Assembly (NCBI GenBank): GCA_964016885.1
Contig: OZ024742.1
Span: 3,472,001-3,536,000, forward strand
Reading direction: 5' to 3'
Length of the DNA: 64,000 nucleotides
From: Eledone cirrhosa
Taxonomy: Eukaryota
Below the pieces are notes generated by a model. It made no database searches and had not been told where the DNA came from. It saw only the letters and a list, made by a program, of their open reading frames with translations. Positions 50,768-63,386 of this stretch are shown piece after piece; position 1 is the first letter of the stretch, and each line of letters begins with the position of its first letter. The translations under genes were made by a program, and so were the position numbers.

Positions 50768-53700
50768 GTTCTTTGAGTTTCAGTGATTGATGTTGGTTAA
50801 CTGGAAAGTTTGTTGAAATGAATATCAAGCCACTACCTGCAGCCTCAGATATTCAGGACGTATCGGAGGGTTCTTGCTGTTCCCAGCAAGCATGCCTTTT
50901 GAAGTGTTCCAAAAAGCGGGGCGGGGCCAATTTTATTTAACCATCCTGGAATCTCTTTGAGATAGTACCTAGTGCGCCTTTGACAATCGGGACCACTTTG
51001 ACTTCATGGCAGTTCCAAATCCTTTTTACCTCCCACTTTAAGTCCTGGTATCGGTTAATTTTCTCCCTCTCCTTCTCTTGCACTCTCGTGTCGAATGGGC
51101 AGGCCACATCCACAATCAGGCACGATCTTTTTTCCTTGTCCAAAACCACCAGGTCAGGTTTATTGTGTTCCAGTTTCTTGTCCGTCTGTATCCTAAAATC
51201 CCACAGCACCTTCACCTGATCGTTTTCTATCACCGACTCTGGTTTATGCTCATACCACTTCTCAGAATGTGGTAAATTGTTTACTTTGCATAGGTGCCAG
51301 TGGATCATCCTTCCAATCGCATCATGTCTCCAGCTTTTATAGTGAGTCTGGGCTAGGTGTTTACACTGGGATACAATGTGAGCTACAGTCTCCTCTCTCT
51401 CTCCACAGATCCTGCACAGTGGGCTAGCCTCCTCCTTGTAAATATGGTGTTTCAGCCACTTCGTTTTGAGGGCCTGCTCTTGCGCAGCCATTAGCATTCC
51501 TTCTGTAGCCTTCTATAAGCTCTCCTCTTTTCAACCAGTTCCATGTCTGTGGATCTCTGAATTCAGATTTCTCAAAGAAGGTACTATGAAGGGATTTTTC
51601 ATGAAGGTTGTTCTTTCTCCTTGTTATTTCCACCTTAGACATCCCCTGGTCTATTGTCCTCTCCTTCAGTACAATTCTGAGCATTGGCTCCCTACTATCA
51701 GTCAGGTATTTGTGTAGGTTGTTTTTCTCCATCTGAACAAAGTCCTCTATGCTGATAAGACCTCTTCCACCTTAAGAGCTCCTTAAGTTGATTCTATCGA
51801 CATCACTCCTCTTGTGGAACATATTGTAGATAGTCAATAGCTTCCTAGTCTTCCTATCCATTTCTTTTTGTTCAGCAACATTCCATCTCAGAATTCCCGC
51901 ACTGTACCTAATAATAGACACAGCTCGGGAATTTACTGCATTTATGGCATTCCTACTGTTCAGATGTGACTTTAATACGCTCCTTACACTCCGAAAGTTT
52001 TCAGATCTTATCAATTCCTTCATTTTTTTTGTTCTTGATGTCATCAGCCTCCAGAACACCCAAATAGTTGTATCCTTCTTCAGTCTCAATTTCATTTATC
52101 ATCTCACCTGTTTTGTTCAATTTACCCCTCTTCATCACTAGGACTCCACACTTATTAATACCAAATTCTATACATATATCATTGCTGAAAATACGGACAG
52201 TGTCAACAAGCACATCCAACTCCTTCTCACTCTTCCCGAAGAGCTTAAGATCGTCCATGAAGAGGAGGTGATTGATGGTAGGCTCTCCCTTTCCCAACTT
52301 GTATCCTTCTCTCACTTTTCGCAGTATAATGGTCAGGGGGATCAGGGCAAGGACAAACAACAGAGGGGACAGACTATCTCCCTGGAAGATACCTCTCTTG
52401 ATCTTCACGCCCCCCAAGGATTCTCCAGCTGATGTTAACTCTGTTTACCAGGACTTCATACTTTTGCCCAACAACTGTCTGATGTTATCTGCCACCTTGA
52501 AGATCTCCAGGCTTTTGGTGATCCAAGAATGAGGCACCATGTCAAATGCCTTTTTGTAGTCTATCCATCCCATGGCAAGACCAGTGTGTCTCCTCTTGCA
52601 ATTCCTCATTACCATCTTATCAATAAATAACTGGTCCTTTGTACCATGGGACTTCTTTCGGCATCCTTTTTGTTCGTCCGGTAACAAGTTGTTTGTGTGG
52701 AGGTGATGGTAGATTTCCTCAGACACAATGCTTGTCAACAGTTTCCACATTACGGGCAGACATGTGATAGGTCTATAGTTGGTAACATCATTACCCTTGA
52801 TTCGGTCTTTCATTACCAGAACTGTGGTACCTTTTGTCAACCACTCTGGTACCTCACCTGACCTCAAGCAGTCATTGAACATGGCTGTCAGTTTCGAGTG
52901 GAGGGATGTTATATCTTTAATCCAATACCCCTGCACACCATCCGGGACTGGTGATTTCCAGTTGGTTAGTTTTTTGGCCTGCCCCTTAAGAGTTTCAACT
53001 GTGATACTCAAATCAGTTTGTTGGTGTGCCTGTTCACTAATCTCCTTTTGTACTTTCTCAATCCACACTGCCTGGTCATTATGTTTAACATCCTGATCCA
53101 ATATTCCTCTCCAGAATGTCTTAGTTTGTTCCGCCTCAGGGATCAAGTCGTTGCCTCTTTCTTTCCCTTCAAGCTGTCCAAAAAACATCTTCTGGTTGTT
53201 GTCAAACATGCGGTTCTGTCTATACTGACTGACTCTGGTCTCGTATCGCCTAATCTTTGCGCACTTGCTACAATGCGTTGCTTCAGTTCCTCTATGATAA
53301 TATTTAGCTTTTTCCTCCTAGTTTTGTACTTTATTTCCAGTCTATTTTTAGTGTCTATGTTTTGTAGTGTTCCATTCAGTCGGGACTCAAGCTTTCCAAT
53401 GTCATTTCTCATTTCCCTGATTTGACCATTCAGTCGTTTCTTCCGCCAAGGTTCTGATCTTTCTTGTTTGTTGTTTCCTCTCGCTTTCATGCCAAGTAAT
53501 TTCCTCACCGCATTTGCTGTTGCTTTGAGGATATTATTGCACCGGTGAAGGCTCCTCCCCTCAGGGTATGGGATGACTTTGTTTACCTTAGCTGTTGTTT
53601 CTTTAACTTTTTTCTGTCTACAAATCTTAGGTTCATAGGTTTCCCACTATCCTTGTTCCTTTCATCTACCACTAAGTTTAGGATATCAACCAAATCTTGT

Positions 53701-55763
53701 CCTAGCTCGTCAGCATTCATTTCCTCAATGGCCGTATCTTTGTTCCAGGTATTATTTATTTCAGCATTCAGATCATTGTCTGCTTCGGATGGTTCCTCCG
53801 TTCTCTCAACCATTTCACCTTCATTTCCCACTGGCTCGTTTGCCTGGCATACTCCACTCTCCATTTCCAACCTAATCTCTCTGCTCAGTTCCTCCAGTTC
53901 CAGCTCGCTTATCCACCCATTAGTTCTTATTACCCGAGCCTGCCCGGCCAATTTTTGTTCATCTAATTTAAATAGACCAATCTCGTTCCAGATGTTATAC
54001 ATCCGTTTCCTATAGTCTTTTTCCTTGGGGTTACTCTTCAGATAACATTGCATAACAGCTCTATTCATTTCTTTCGTCCAATTGGTTCTGGTCCCTTTCC
54101 TTCTTCCTCTTCCTCCAATACCAGCAGTATTTGGATGACAGCCAGGTCCCTGCTGCTGGGCCAGGGAGCACCTCCTGGTTGAGAGTCTGTCACATGACAT
54201 TCCAGTCACCACTTCACCGTTCTTCGAACTGTTTAGGTTCGACATTTAAGCACTCATATCGAGGATTGGTGAATGTATGGTTACATAACTACCGGTGTTT
54301 TCATCACCCCCGGTGATTTTAGCGTGGCACCGTCACGCTGTAGACGAACATAAATGAACAAACAAATAGATAAAAACCTAAAAACAAAAACAAAAAAACA
54401 AACACAAGTTTCATTGTAATGTTTGAATGTCTGACTTAGCTTTTCTTCCCTTTTACTCTCTCCCTTTTTTGTTTGTTTTTCTCCTTTGCGTTTTTCGTTT
54501 TACAAGGACAGTAACATCGGTTACTAGTATTGTTGTTGCTGCTGCTGCTGCTGCTGCTAAGGGAAGTAGGGGTTGTAGTGTTCAAAACTTTTGAAACCCG
54601 TGTCCGTTGTTGCGTTTGCCTCTGTTTGTGCTCTGTTCTCTAATTTTTCGACTATAATTTTTTCAATAATTTTTTTCTCCTACATCCCTACGTTGCCGAC
54701 ACCACAAGGCACCTGCAACACACCGGGACAATTGCTGGCCTCGTGCCAAAAGCAGAAGCACTTATTATTATTATATTATAGTTTAGATTTGACATTGTTT
54801 AAACTAAACATTTTGAGAGAGTTTAGAGATACAACATAACTATTTTGGTGTTGTTGTTGTTAGCTGCTTGACCGAGTCACTAACCCAGTCTATTTATAAC
54901 TGTTGATACCTTCAACGCTTCTTTTCATGTGTAGCAGCATCACTCTTAAGTAGTGAGGGAATAGTGGCTGTAGCGATGATGCAGTGGCGACGGTGGCGAT
55001 GGGGCAGCAGTACTATAGGGATGGTGCCGGTCTGTATTTGGCTAGATTTTTTTGTGGTAGTGGTGATGGTGATGGTGGCGGCGGCGGCGGTGATGCTGGC
55101 GGTGCGTTATTTGGCTGTTATTTTCTAGCCATTTTGTTTCTGACTACAAAAGCAATTATTATTATTATATTGTAGTTTAGATTTGACAGCGTTTAAAGTA
55201 AACATTTTGAGAGAGTTTAGAGATACAACAACATAATTATTTTGGTGTTGTTGTTGTTAGCTGTTTGACCGAGTTACTAACCCAGTCTATTTATATCTTT
55301 TGATACCTTGCTCGCTTCCCTTCATGCATAGCGGCATCACCACCCCTATCTCAAGCAGTGAGGGAACAGTGGCGGCAGCGACGATGCAGCGGCGGCGGTG
55401 GTGATGGGACAGCAGCACCATAGGTATTGTGCTGGTCTGTATTTGGCTAGATTTGTTGTGGTAGTGGTGATGGTGATGGTGGCGGCGGCGGCGGTGGTGA
55501 AGTTATTTGGCTTTTATTTTCTAGCCATTTTCTTTTCTGACTATAAGATTTCTGGTACAAAATTAAATATTAAATTAAATATTACATATTGGAGCCCTAT
55601 GCTGCAATGTGATGCGTTGCCACTTCCTGGGAGTAGATACTGATATCTTACGTTTCACTTGTAATAAGAATTATTCTATCACAATTGTTTTAAATATGTA
55701 AAAAATCAAAAACTTACGGGAGCGATTCAATAATACCCTATCCACCATGTGCATATCTTCCCC
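50768..55763 (-). mobile_element. Dong-A, full-length (A3)
   Basis: ORF pieces 54245-50845; 5' UTR with a ~395-bp internal tandem duplication (~54765-55155 / ~55158-55545). Confidence 0.93.
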
Positions 55764-56480
55764 TACGGAAGTGCTGTCAGACGGACCTGTCCAAGATGCG
55801 CACAGAACGACGAAACTGTTCTGAACGCACTTGTCCAATGTCCGTGCATTACTGACTTGTGGAGTTATGTCGAACAGCTACTGTCGCGTGTGGAACGAAT
55901 CTGGCTATCGGCCGAGTCCATAGTGAAGATCGAGCCGTCACATTCCTTAGGTCAGGAAGAGCAGGAAATTTTCCTCTGTCTGGTGGCAGTTGCGAAAGAG
56001 ATTATATGGTGGACCAGGTTGAAAGGACTAAAGACAGACACTTTTCTCTTCGGCCAATCCCTCATCAACTTCTTCAAGTTTCACCTGGAAAGGAGGGTGA
56101 GGGTGGAGAGAGAAGTGCTGCCCCCTAGTACATTTTCTAAAAGGTGGGTGAATGTGGCGAGAATGGCTCGTGTGAATGGGCCTACTCTGACCATGCGCCT
56201 ATAGGCTAGCTAACTTGAGGAGAGGGGTGCTCTCCCTGGGTGCCCTAGAAGTGCAGTGTGGTTCAGGATTGGTGGGGTACCCGAATCACCCCAGGGTCGT
56301 CCACCCCTATCGGGGAATTTATTTTGTTATATTTTGGCATAGTTTATTTTATATTTTTATATTTTCATTGTTAAATTAGTCTTGCCATTGTGCACTTTTA
56401 CTCGACCTTATTGTAAACCCCCACTCTCCCCGTCTTTGTATTGTCCCCTACATGTCGGCCCTTGTGGCTAATAAATGAAA

Positions 56481-56482
<2 letters not shown>
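55764..56482 (+). mobile_element. Tx1 3' fragment
   Basis: ORF ending 56204: CPRCAQNDETVLNALVQC...NGPTLTMRL*; AATAAA at 56470-75, then (ATT)n. Confidence 0.9.
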
Positions 56483-56542
<60 letters not shown>

Positions 56543-57628
56543 TGCATTTATCTTGCTTTATGTTTATACGAGTTATCACCAAGTCACAACCAGTGACCTC
56601 AAGAGACAACAAGGTCCGCCATGTTCAAGAAAGAACATACATATTCACACATGCATCCTTAGTGTTTAGACTTGTGATGTACTTATATTGACAGGATCTT
56701 CCTTAGTATATGGGCAGTTCCCATTAGTACTATCTTTTGTATTTCTCCTATACGCGGGTTTCCTGGGATTTGCGATAAGTAGTCGTTAGACCCCTTAGGT
56801 ATCATTCCCAGAGCGCCTACAACCACTGGTATTGTTTTAGTTCTCAATTTCCACATTTTTCCAATTTCTATCTCCAGGTCCTTATACTTGCTCAATTTTT
56901 CAAATGTTTTTATAGATACATTCTTGTCTATTGGAACAGACATATCAATTAGCAGGCATACCCTCCTTTGAAAGTCCTTCAATATTATATCAGGTCTATT
57001 TGCATCTATTTTTCGGTCTGTTTGGATGCTAAAGTTCCACAAGATTGAGATGTGATCTTTTTCAAGTATGGGAGGTGGTTGATGCTCCCACCAATTCTTT
57101 TGATGGGGCAGGTCAAAATGCTTACACATTATCCAATGTATGTATTGTGCAGCTCTGTCATGCCTGTTTAGGTATTCGGTTGGAGCTATAGGACTGCACA
57201 TTGAAATTATATGGTCAATGGTCTCTGGTTGTTTTTTGCATACACGGCATAATGGGCTGCACCCATTTTTTATTATGTTGGCTTGGTAATTTTTTGTTGG
57301 CAGACACTGATCTTGTGCGGATATAATCAGTCCTTCAGTCTCCGATTTCAGTCCAGAGGATGCCAACCACTGATGGGTTAAAGTTTTGTCAACATCAGGA
57401 TTGTTAGCTCGCTCTGGGTATTTTCCATACAGAGGCTTTTCTTGCCATTTCTTAGCCAGTTTCTGTAGCAGTTCTTTCTTTGCAGTTACTTTTACCTGCT
57501 TTGCTTTTTCTGTGTTTTCCATTTCAGCAGTAAATGGGACTTCTGAAATTTGTAGTCCATTACTGTATCTTTGTGCATCTTTTGTAATGGAATATGATCT
57601 TTTGCATCTTTTGTAATGGAATATGATC

Positions 57629-57632
<4 letters not shown>
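56543..57632 (-). mobile_element. Dong-B, 5'-truncated, CCHC/endonuclease frame still open
   Basis: ORF 56683-57702(-); 29-bp tandem duplication at the truncation point; (ATT)n flanks. Confidence 0.92.
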
Positions 57633-57668
<36 letters not shown>

Positions 57669-57908
57669 CATTATTATTATTATTATTATTATTGAATGCC
57701 ATGGTTGACGGAGGCTCGGCTCTGTAAGGTATAGTAATTTTTAATCGTTATAACAATTGTAAATTGTTTAAAACTTGAACCAAATTGTAGCTAAAGACAC
57801 CCTCCTCCTCGTGGGAGGGGTCTTTCTGCCCGTTATTTGGCCCTTCGGGGTTAAATAACCGCTTATTGGGGTTTTGTGCGCAATATTCATTTTAACCCCC
57901 CAAAAAAC

Positions 57909-59710
57909 ATGGCTAGAAGAAGTAATTTTCACAAGTCACCCCCACTCATTCCGTCTTCTTCTTCCTCAATCGTCACTACATCAGAGAGAAGATTGTCTCT
58001 CTCCCTCCCTTCTCTTTCGCAAGCGACGCCATTAAAGAAAAAGAAAAATATAGTTTCTGATAGCTTTCACTAAGAGCACGTGCATAACGTGGAACATTTC
58101 TCCACGACAACGACAACGACGAAAAATGTGTGCGGTAAACACGGAAAGCCATTTCATTCGTCTGACGTCATGAAGAATAGCAGCAGCAGCAGCAGCCGTA
58201 ATAACAGCAGCAACAGCAACAGTGAAAAGGAAAACACTAGTAGCAGCCGCAACAACATCAGCAGCAGTATAAACAACAACAACAGCAACAGCGGCGGCGG
58301 CGGTCGTAGTACCAGCAGCAACAACAAAAGTAACAGCAGCTCTGACGACAAAAACAACAACAACAACAAGAAAGAAAAACCAATCTCGTTTGCAGGTATC
58401 GCAAAGAACCTGGGAACCATCATTATAACAAATGAGGAATTACAGGAAGCAAAGAAGATGGTGACGAAAACTGGACACCGAGCAATCTGCAAGGCAGCCG
58501 AAACATTTGTCGAAACCCAACAGCACTGTACGGTCATGGACCTTACAGTAAGCACAAAATCCCGTAGGGTTGAAAGAGCCACAGAGGCTCAAATACAAAA
58601 AGCCTTAGGGTCTGTGTGGCAGCGGAAAACGCATATCACCAGAGGCAAGAAATATGCCACCGTGGACGTGCTTTTTGCCACACCCCAGGAGGCAAAGGCT
58701 CAACTGCCCATAAGTGTTGAGGGCAAATGCCCGAAATGCTTTCGCTGTGGATCGAAGACTCACCTCAGGGCCTTCTGCAATGAGACAACCATGAGAAAGG
58801 AGAAAACCCCCTCCTTCTGAAACCGGCTCAACTGCTACCAGCGACAGGACAAGCGGCAACCAGGAAGGATAGGTCTGTGGCACCCATACCCACGCCACGG
58901 AAATCAATAACAGCAGCAGCAGCAGTGGAAGTATTAACAACAACAACAGTAATACCAACTGCAGCTGCAACAGAGACTCCACTGCAAACACCACCAACAA
59001 CAACAAGTGAAAGAGTGGAGCTGGTACCCCTCCCGACCTCACAGAATCGGACATGGAGTGTGAGGTGGGAGAGGGATGGCAAAAGGTCGCAAGAAGGCAC
59101 AAACGCAGAAGCAGCGCATCGTCGCCTTCGAAAAGGGAGGAAAGAAATGAAAAAAGGATAAAGGCTACTGCAAAGAGACTTACAGCAGCAACACCACCAA
59201 CACCATCACCACCCACACTACCACCACCATCACCACCGGCGGCAACCCCACCGCCAACAACAACAACACCTTCAACACCACCACCACATCGCAAACACAA
59301 CAACAAAACACACACACCCAGCAACAACGGCAAGAAAATAGCAGAACCACACCACACCCCAGAAAAACAAATGCACAGCAATAAATACACACAAGAAACT
59401 AATGACTTACATAATTGAACACAGAGACATTTCACAGCACGACTACATAATACCAGCACCAATCAAAACACCAACGAACATAAGACTGTTAAGAATAGCG
59501 CAGAAACGATACACAAACATTAAAACGAAATTCCCCAACGCAGTTGGTGATTTCAGAGACCTAGGAGGGACACTCAACCGGAGAGTATATTCGGATATAC
59601 TCACAGAAGAGCCGACGACCAGCCGAAGGGACGATTCAACGGTCCCTTCACCAGACGATCAAGTGAAAAGGGATGGAGAAACCATCCTTCCTCTACGAGA
59701 ATTAAGGTAA
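57909..59710 (+). pseudogene. Tx1 ORF1, frameshifted, apparently lacking ~80 codons before the knuckle
   Basis: ISFAGIAK, ISVEGKCPKCFRCGSKTHLRAFC; start approximate. Confidence 0.75.
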
Positions 59711-59744
59711 GTGGTCTTTCCCATCTTTTCCACTCCATTTCAAC

Positions 59745-62700
59745 ATGACCTCACTCAGAATAGGCAACATAAATGCGCGTGGCTTGGGGTCGTCATGGAA
59801 GCAGGGCCACCTGCCCAACGACCTCAGGTTACTAAACATAGATGTAGTGGCCATCAGCGAGACCAGAATCTCCGAAGCACGGGCCTTCGCACCGATCTTC
59901 GGCGGCTACGATGTGTACGCATCTCCCAGCCGTCCTGGATCGGGGGGAGGAGTTTCTGTGCTTTTTCGGAGAGGTTTGGATCTCGCCATACGGGTCATCT
60001 TCCTGGACCCAGAAATTGGTGGTGCTGGACGTAATCAGCAGAGAAGGGCAAGTTTTCAGGCTAGTGGCCGTCTATGCCCCGACAGGAGCAGTGCGGCCTG
60101 ATTTCTTCCGGCGTCTGGAGACCTTTCTAGGAACGTCCCGCTCTTTAGTGTTAGTGGGCGACTGGAACGGGATCTTAGATGCACGCTGGAACTGCGTGGG
60201 ATTAACGGATAGGGGAGGAGGGTGCAAGAGCCTCGCCAAACTGCTCAGGCGTTTTGGACTGTCTGACAGGTACCGATTGGATTTCCCGAATGTGCCAATG
60301 TGGATTTGGACAAATCGCATCGGGTCATCCAGATCATATCTAGATAGAGTATTTTGTAGAGAAATAGATAGGTCTGGCATAAGCTGTCCACAATTCAAGA
60401 TAGTCAGCTACACGGACCACAAATTCGTGATTTGTGTGCTTGACTTAGGCTTCATAGACGAGTACCCGGCTACTGGAAGCTAAACGCATCCTTACCAGCG
60501 CGCAAGGCCTACAGAGACCGGATTAGCGAACTAGTTAAGCGAGAGTTGACGGGGGCCATCGTCAACAACAAGTGGTGGTTTGCTCTGAAAAGAGCGATTA
60601 GAATAGAGTCCATTAGGTTTAGAGTCCATTTAGCTATAGAGAAAAATAGAGCAGAGGGAGAACTAGTTAGAAAATTAGACGAGGCGCTTAGCAAAGGCAT
60701 CGCCACCGACGTACTTGCGGCGAAATTGACCCTTGACCAATTCTTCAATGCAAAGCCCGAAGGCTGCGTTTTAAGAGCTAGGGTGCGTGCTCTCAGACAC
60801 GTGGGGAAGAAAGCCGTTCAATGGGCCCGAGTGGCGGAGGCGCGTCGTGGCAACAAAGCCACGATCCGGCTTTTGGTGGACCACGACGGGCGCATGCTAC
60901 TCGATCCCGGGAAAATGTGTGAAGCTTTTCAGCGACACTTCGCTCAGCTGATCGGGGGCAGCGGCGGGCCGGATCGAGGGATGGACTTTAGTGTCTACCT
61001 CGACGAACTGCTACGGCTCTCGGCCACTGAGGCGGAGTGTTGCGAAAAACCGATAACAGCCGCTGAAGTACGGGAGGCAATGACTGGCTGCACAAGGGGT
61101 AAATCGCCTGGTTCGGATGGTCTGCCCTATGAACTTTACGTACAGATGCCAGACTTGTTCGGAGGCCTCTTAGCGGACGTCTACTGCAACTGGCAACAGA
61201 ATGGGAGAATTCCCAGCTCTGTGAGCCGAGGAGCGGTGGCGCTGCTGAGAAAGGAACCGAACAAGGGCGATAACAGATAATTTCAGGCCCATAACTCTGC
61301 TAAAACAGAGTTCAAGATTTTGGCCAAGGTGCTAGCTTAGAGGTTGGCGCTTGTCGTTCGTGGTCTGGTGGGAGAGGCGCAAACATGCGCCATTCCCGAC
61401 AGATCCATCCACGACAACCTCCACCTCATGCAATACATCGTAGAGAGGGTAGCTAGGGAACCTGGCACGGGTGGGTCTTTTATCAATTTAGATCAGTCGA
61501 AAGCTTTCGATAGGGTCGACCATCGTTACATGGCGGCAGTCCTGAAGGCAGCTGGCTTTGGGCCCGTCTTCAGAGGCTGGATCGCTGCCATGCACAGCGA
61601 CATCTGCTCTGTGGTGAGAGAGAACGGTCACCTTTCGGAACCGTTCAACATCATGCGCTCGGTCCACCAAGGATGTCCCCTCTCGTCCCTCTTGTACGTA
61701 TTGACTCTCGAGCCATTACTGCACAAACTGGAGACGGTGAGGGGCGTCCCGCGCGAAATAGGATGCGGAAGTTCCGTGTCAGTATATGCGGACGATGTCA
61801 ACGTAGTGGTGTCGAACGCCAAACACATCGAGGCGATCGGCACTACACTAAGAGAATACGAAGCGGTGACAGGAGCAATGATCAACCAGGAAAAGTCAGT
61901 GGGCCTGCAGCTGGGCACCTGGAGAGGCAGGTCCATGCCGTCCAACACCGTCGTCGGGTGTTGGACAGACGGACCGGTTAAATTGCTAGGGGTCTGGTTC
62001 AGTCCGGACCTCCAGACGGACAAAAACTGGGACGAGGTGACGAGCAGGGTGGCTTCTCTAACACAGAAATAGGCGGAGAGGAAGCTATCCCTGAAAGGTC
62101 GAGCGGAGGTGGCTAACGCGTACATCGCGTCCGTCATCTGCTACCGCCTGACCGTCGTACCTTGTCCCAAGCCCCGCCTGACTGCGCTGGAGCGTTTGCT
62201 CTTTCGCTTTATGTGGAAGGGACGCGCTCCGATGGTCAGGCGGTCCATCTGCTGTCAACACCCGCTACGTGGAGGGCTGGGCATGCCGTGGCTGATGATG
62301 CGCAGACACGCGCTCAGGCTACGACATCTCCCCCTCTTCCTCGACGGTGAACAGTTGTGGTCGCCGTTTGCTAGACGCGTCTTTCCCCAGCTCGTCTCCT
62401 TGACGGAGCTGCAGTCCTGGGTCAAGCGAAGACCGAGAGGGAGCGCCTGGAGACTGGAATGTCTTCAGGCGCTCACAGCCTTCGACCAATCGGGCATTGT
62501 GATCGGTGGAAACTCCACCTCGGCGTTCTATAGAGGATTAGTGGAGGGGAAGAGCGACGACGTACTTGGGGAAACTCTAGGCGTCGACGAAAATCAACTA
62601 GCCAATCTCTTCGGGGCCTATGGACAACTTCCAGAAATCTCTGGCCTGGCAGTGCTACCGAGGAGCCTTGCCAGTTCGAGATAAACTGTACAGGCATGGT

Positions 62701-63084
62701 GGTGCCGTCAGCCGGGCATGTCTGAAAATTGCTGACTCGTGGGTTTATGTCGAATACCTACTGTCGCGTGTAGGACGGATCCGGCTATCATCTGAGTCCA
62801 TCGTGAGGATTGCCCCGCTCTCTTCCTTTAGCCGGGAAGTGCAGGTAGTTTTTATCTGTCTGGTGGCCATGGCGAAAGAGATAGTATGGTGGACACGTTT
62901 GAAAGGGCTGAAGACGAGCACTTACCTCTTCGGCGATGCCCTGATTGACTTTTTCAAATTTCATTTGAAAAGGAAAATCAGAGTAGAGAGGGAAGTGCTC
63001 TCTTCCCAGCATTTTGTTGAAAGATGGGTGAGAGAAGCAAGAATGGCCCGAGTGAATGGGCCTACTCTGAGTATGTATCTGTAA
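59745..63084 (+). pseudogene. Tx1 ORF2 (APE, RT), disrupted
   Basis: NINARG, VGDWNG, YTDH, KSPGSDG, DQSKAFDRVDH, QGCPLS, YADD. Confidence 0.92.
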
Positions 63085-63336
63085 ATTAAAGGTGGAAAAC
63101 TGGGAGAGGGCCCTTGCCTTGGTGGTCAGGGTCACTGTAGCCTTTTACTGGGCTTTCTCCACAAATGTCCCTCGGAAGTCTCCTCCCTATTGGGGAATTT
63201 TTCATTGTTATTTTTTTATTACATCCTCTGTTGTTTTACACGCAGAAATGCCCATTTGTACCGTCCTGTATTGTCTACTTTAATGTACTGTCCTTAATGT
63301 CTACTTTATGTAAACCCTTGTGGTTAATAAAGCAAA

Positions 63337-63373
<37 letters not shown>

Positions 63374-63386
63374 GTTGTTGTTGTTG

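Larger units (their letters stand above)
57694..63337 (+). mobile_element. Tx1-clade LINE, full-length, inserted in (ATT)n
   Basis: 5' UTR hairpins, ORF1 (CFRCGSKTHLRAFC), ORF2 59745-63084, AATAAA 63326-31; (ATT)n on both sides. Confidence 0.93.
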
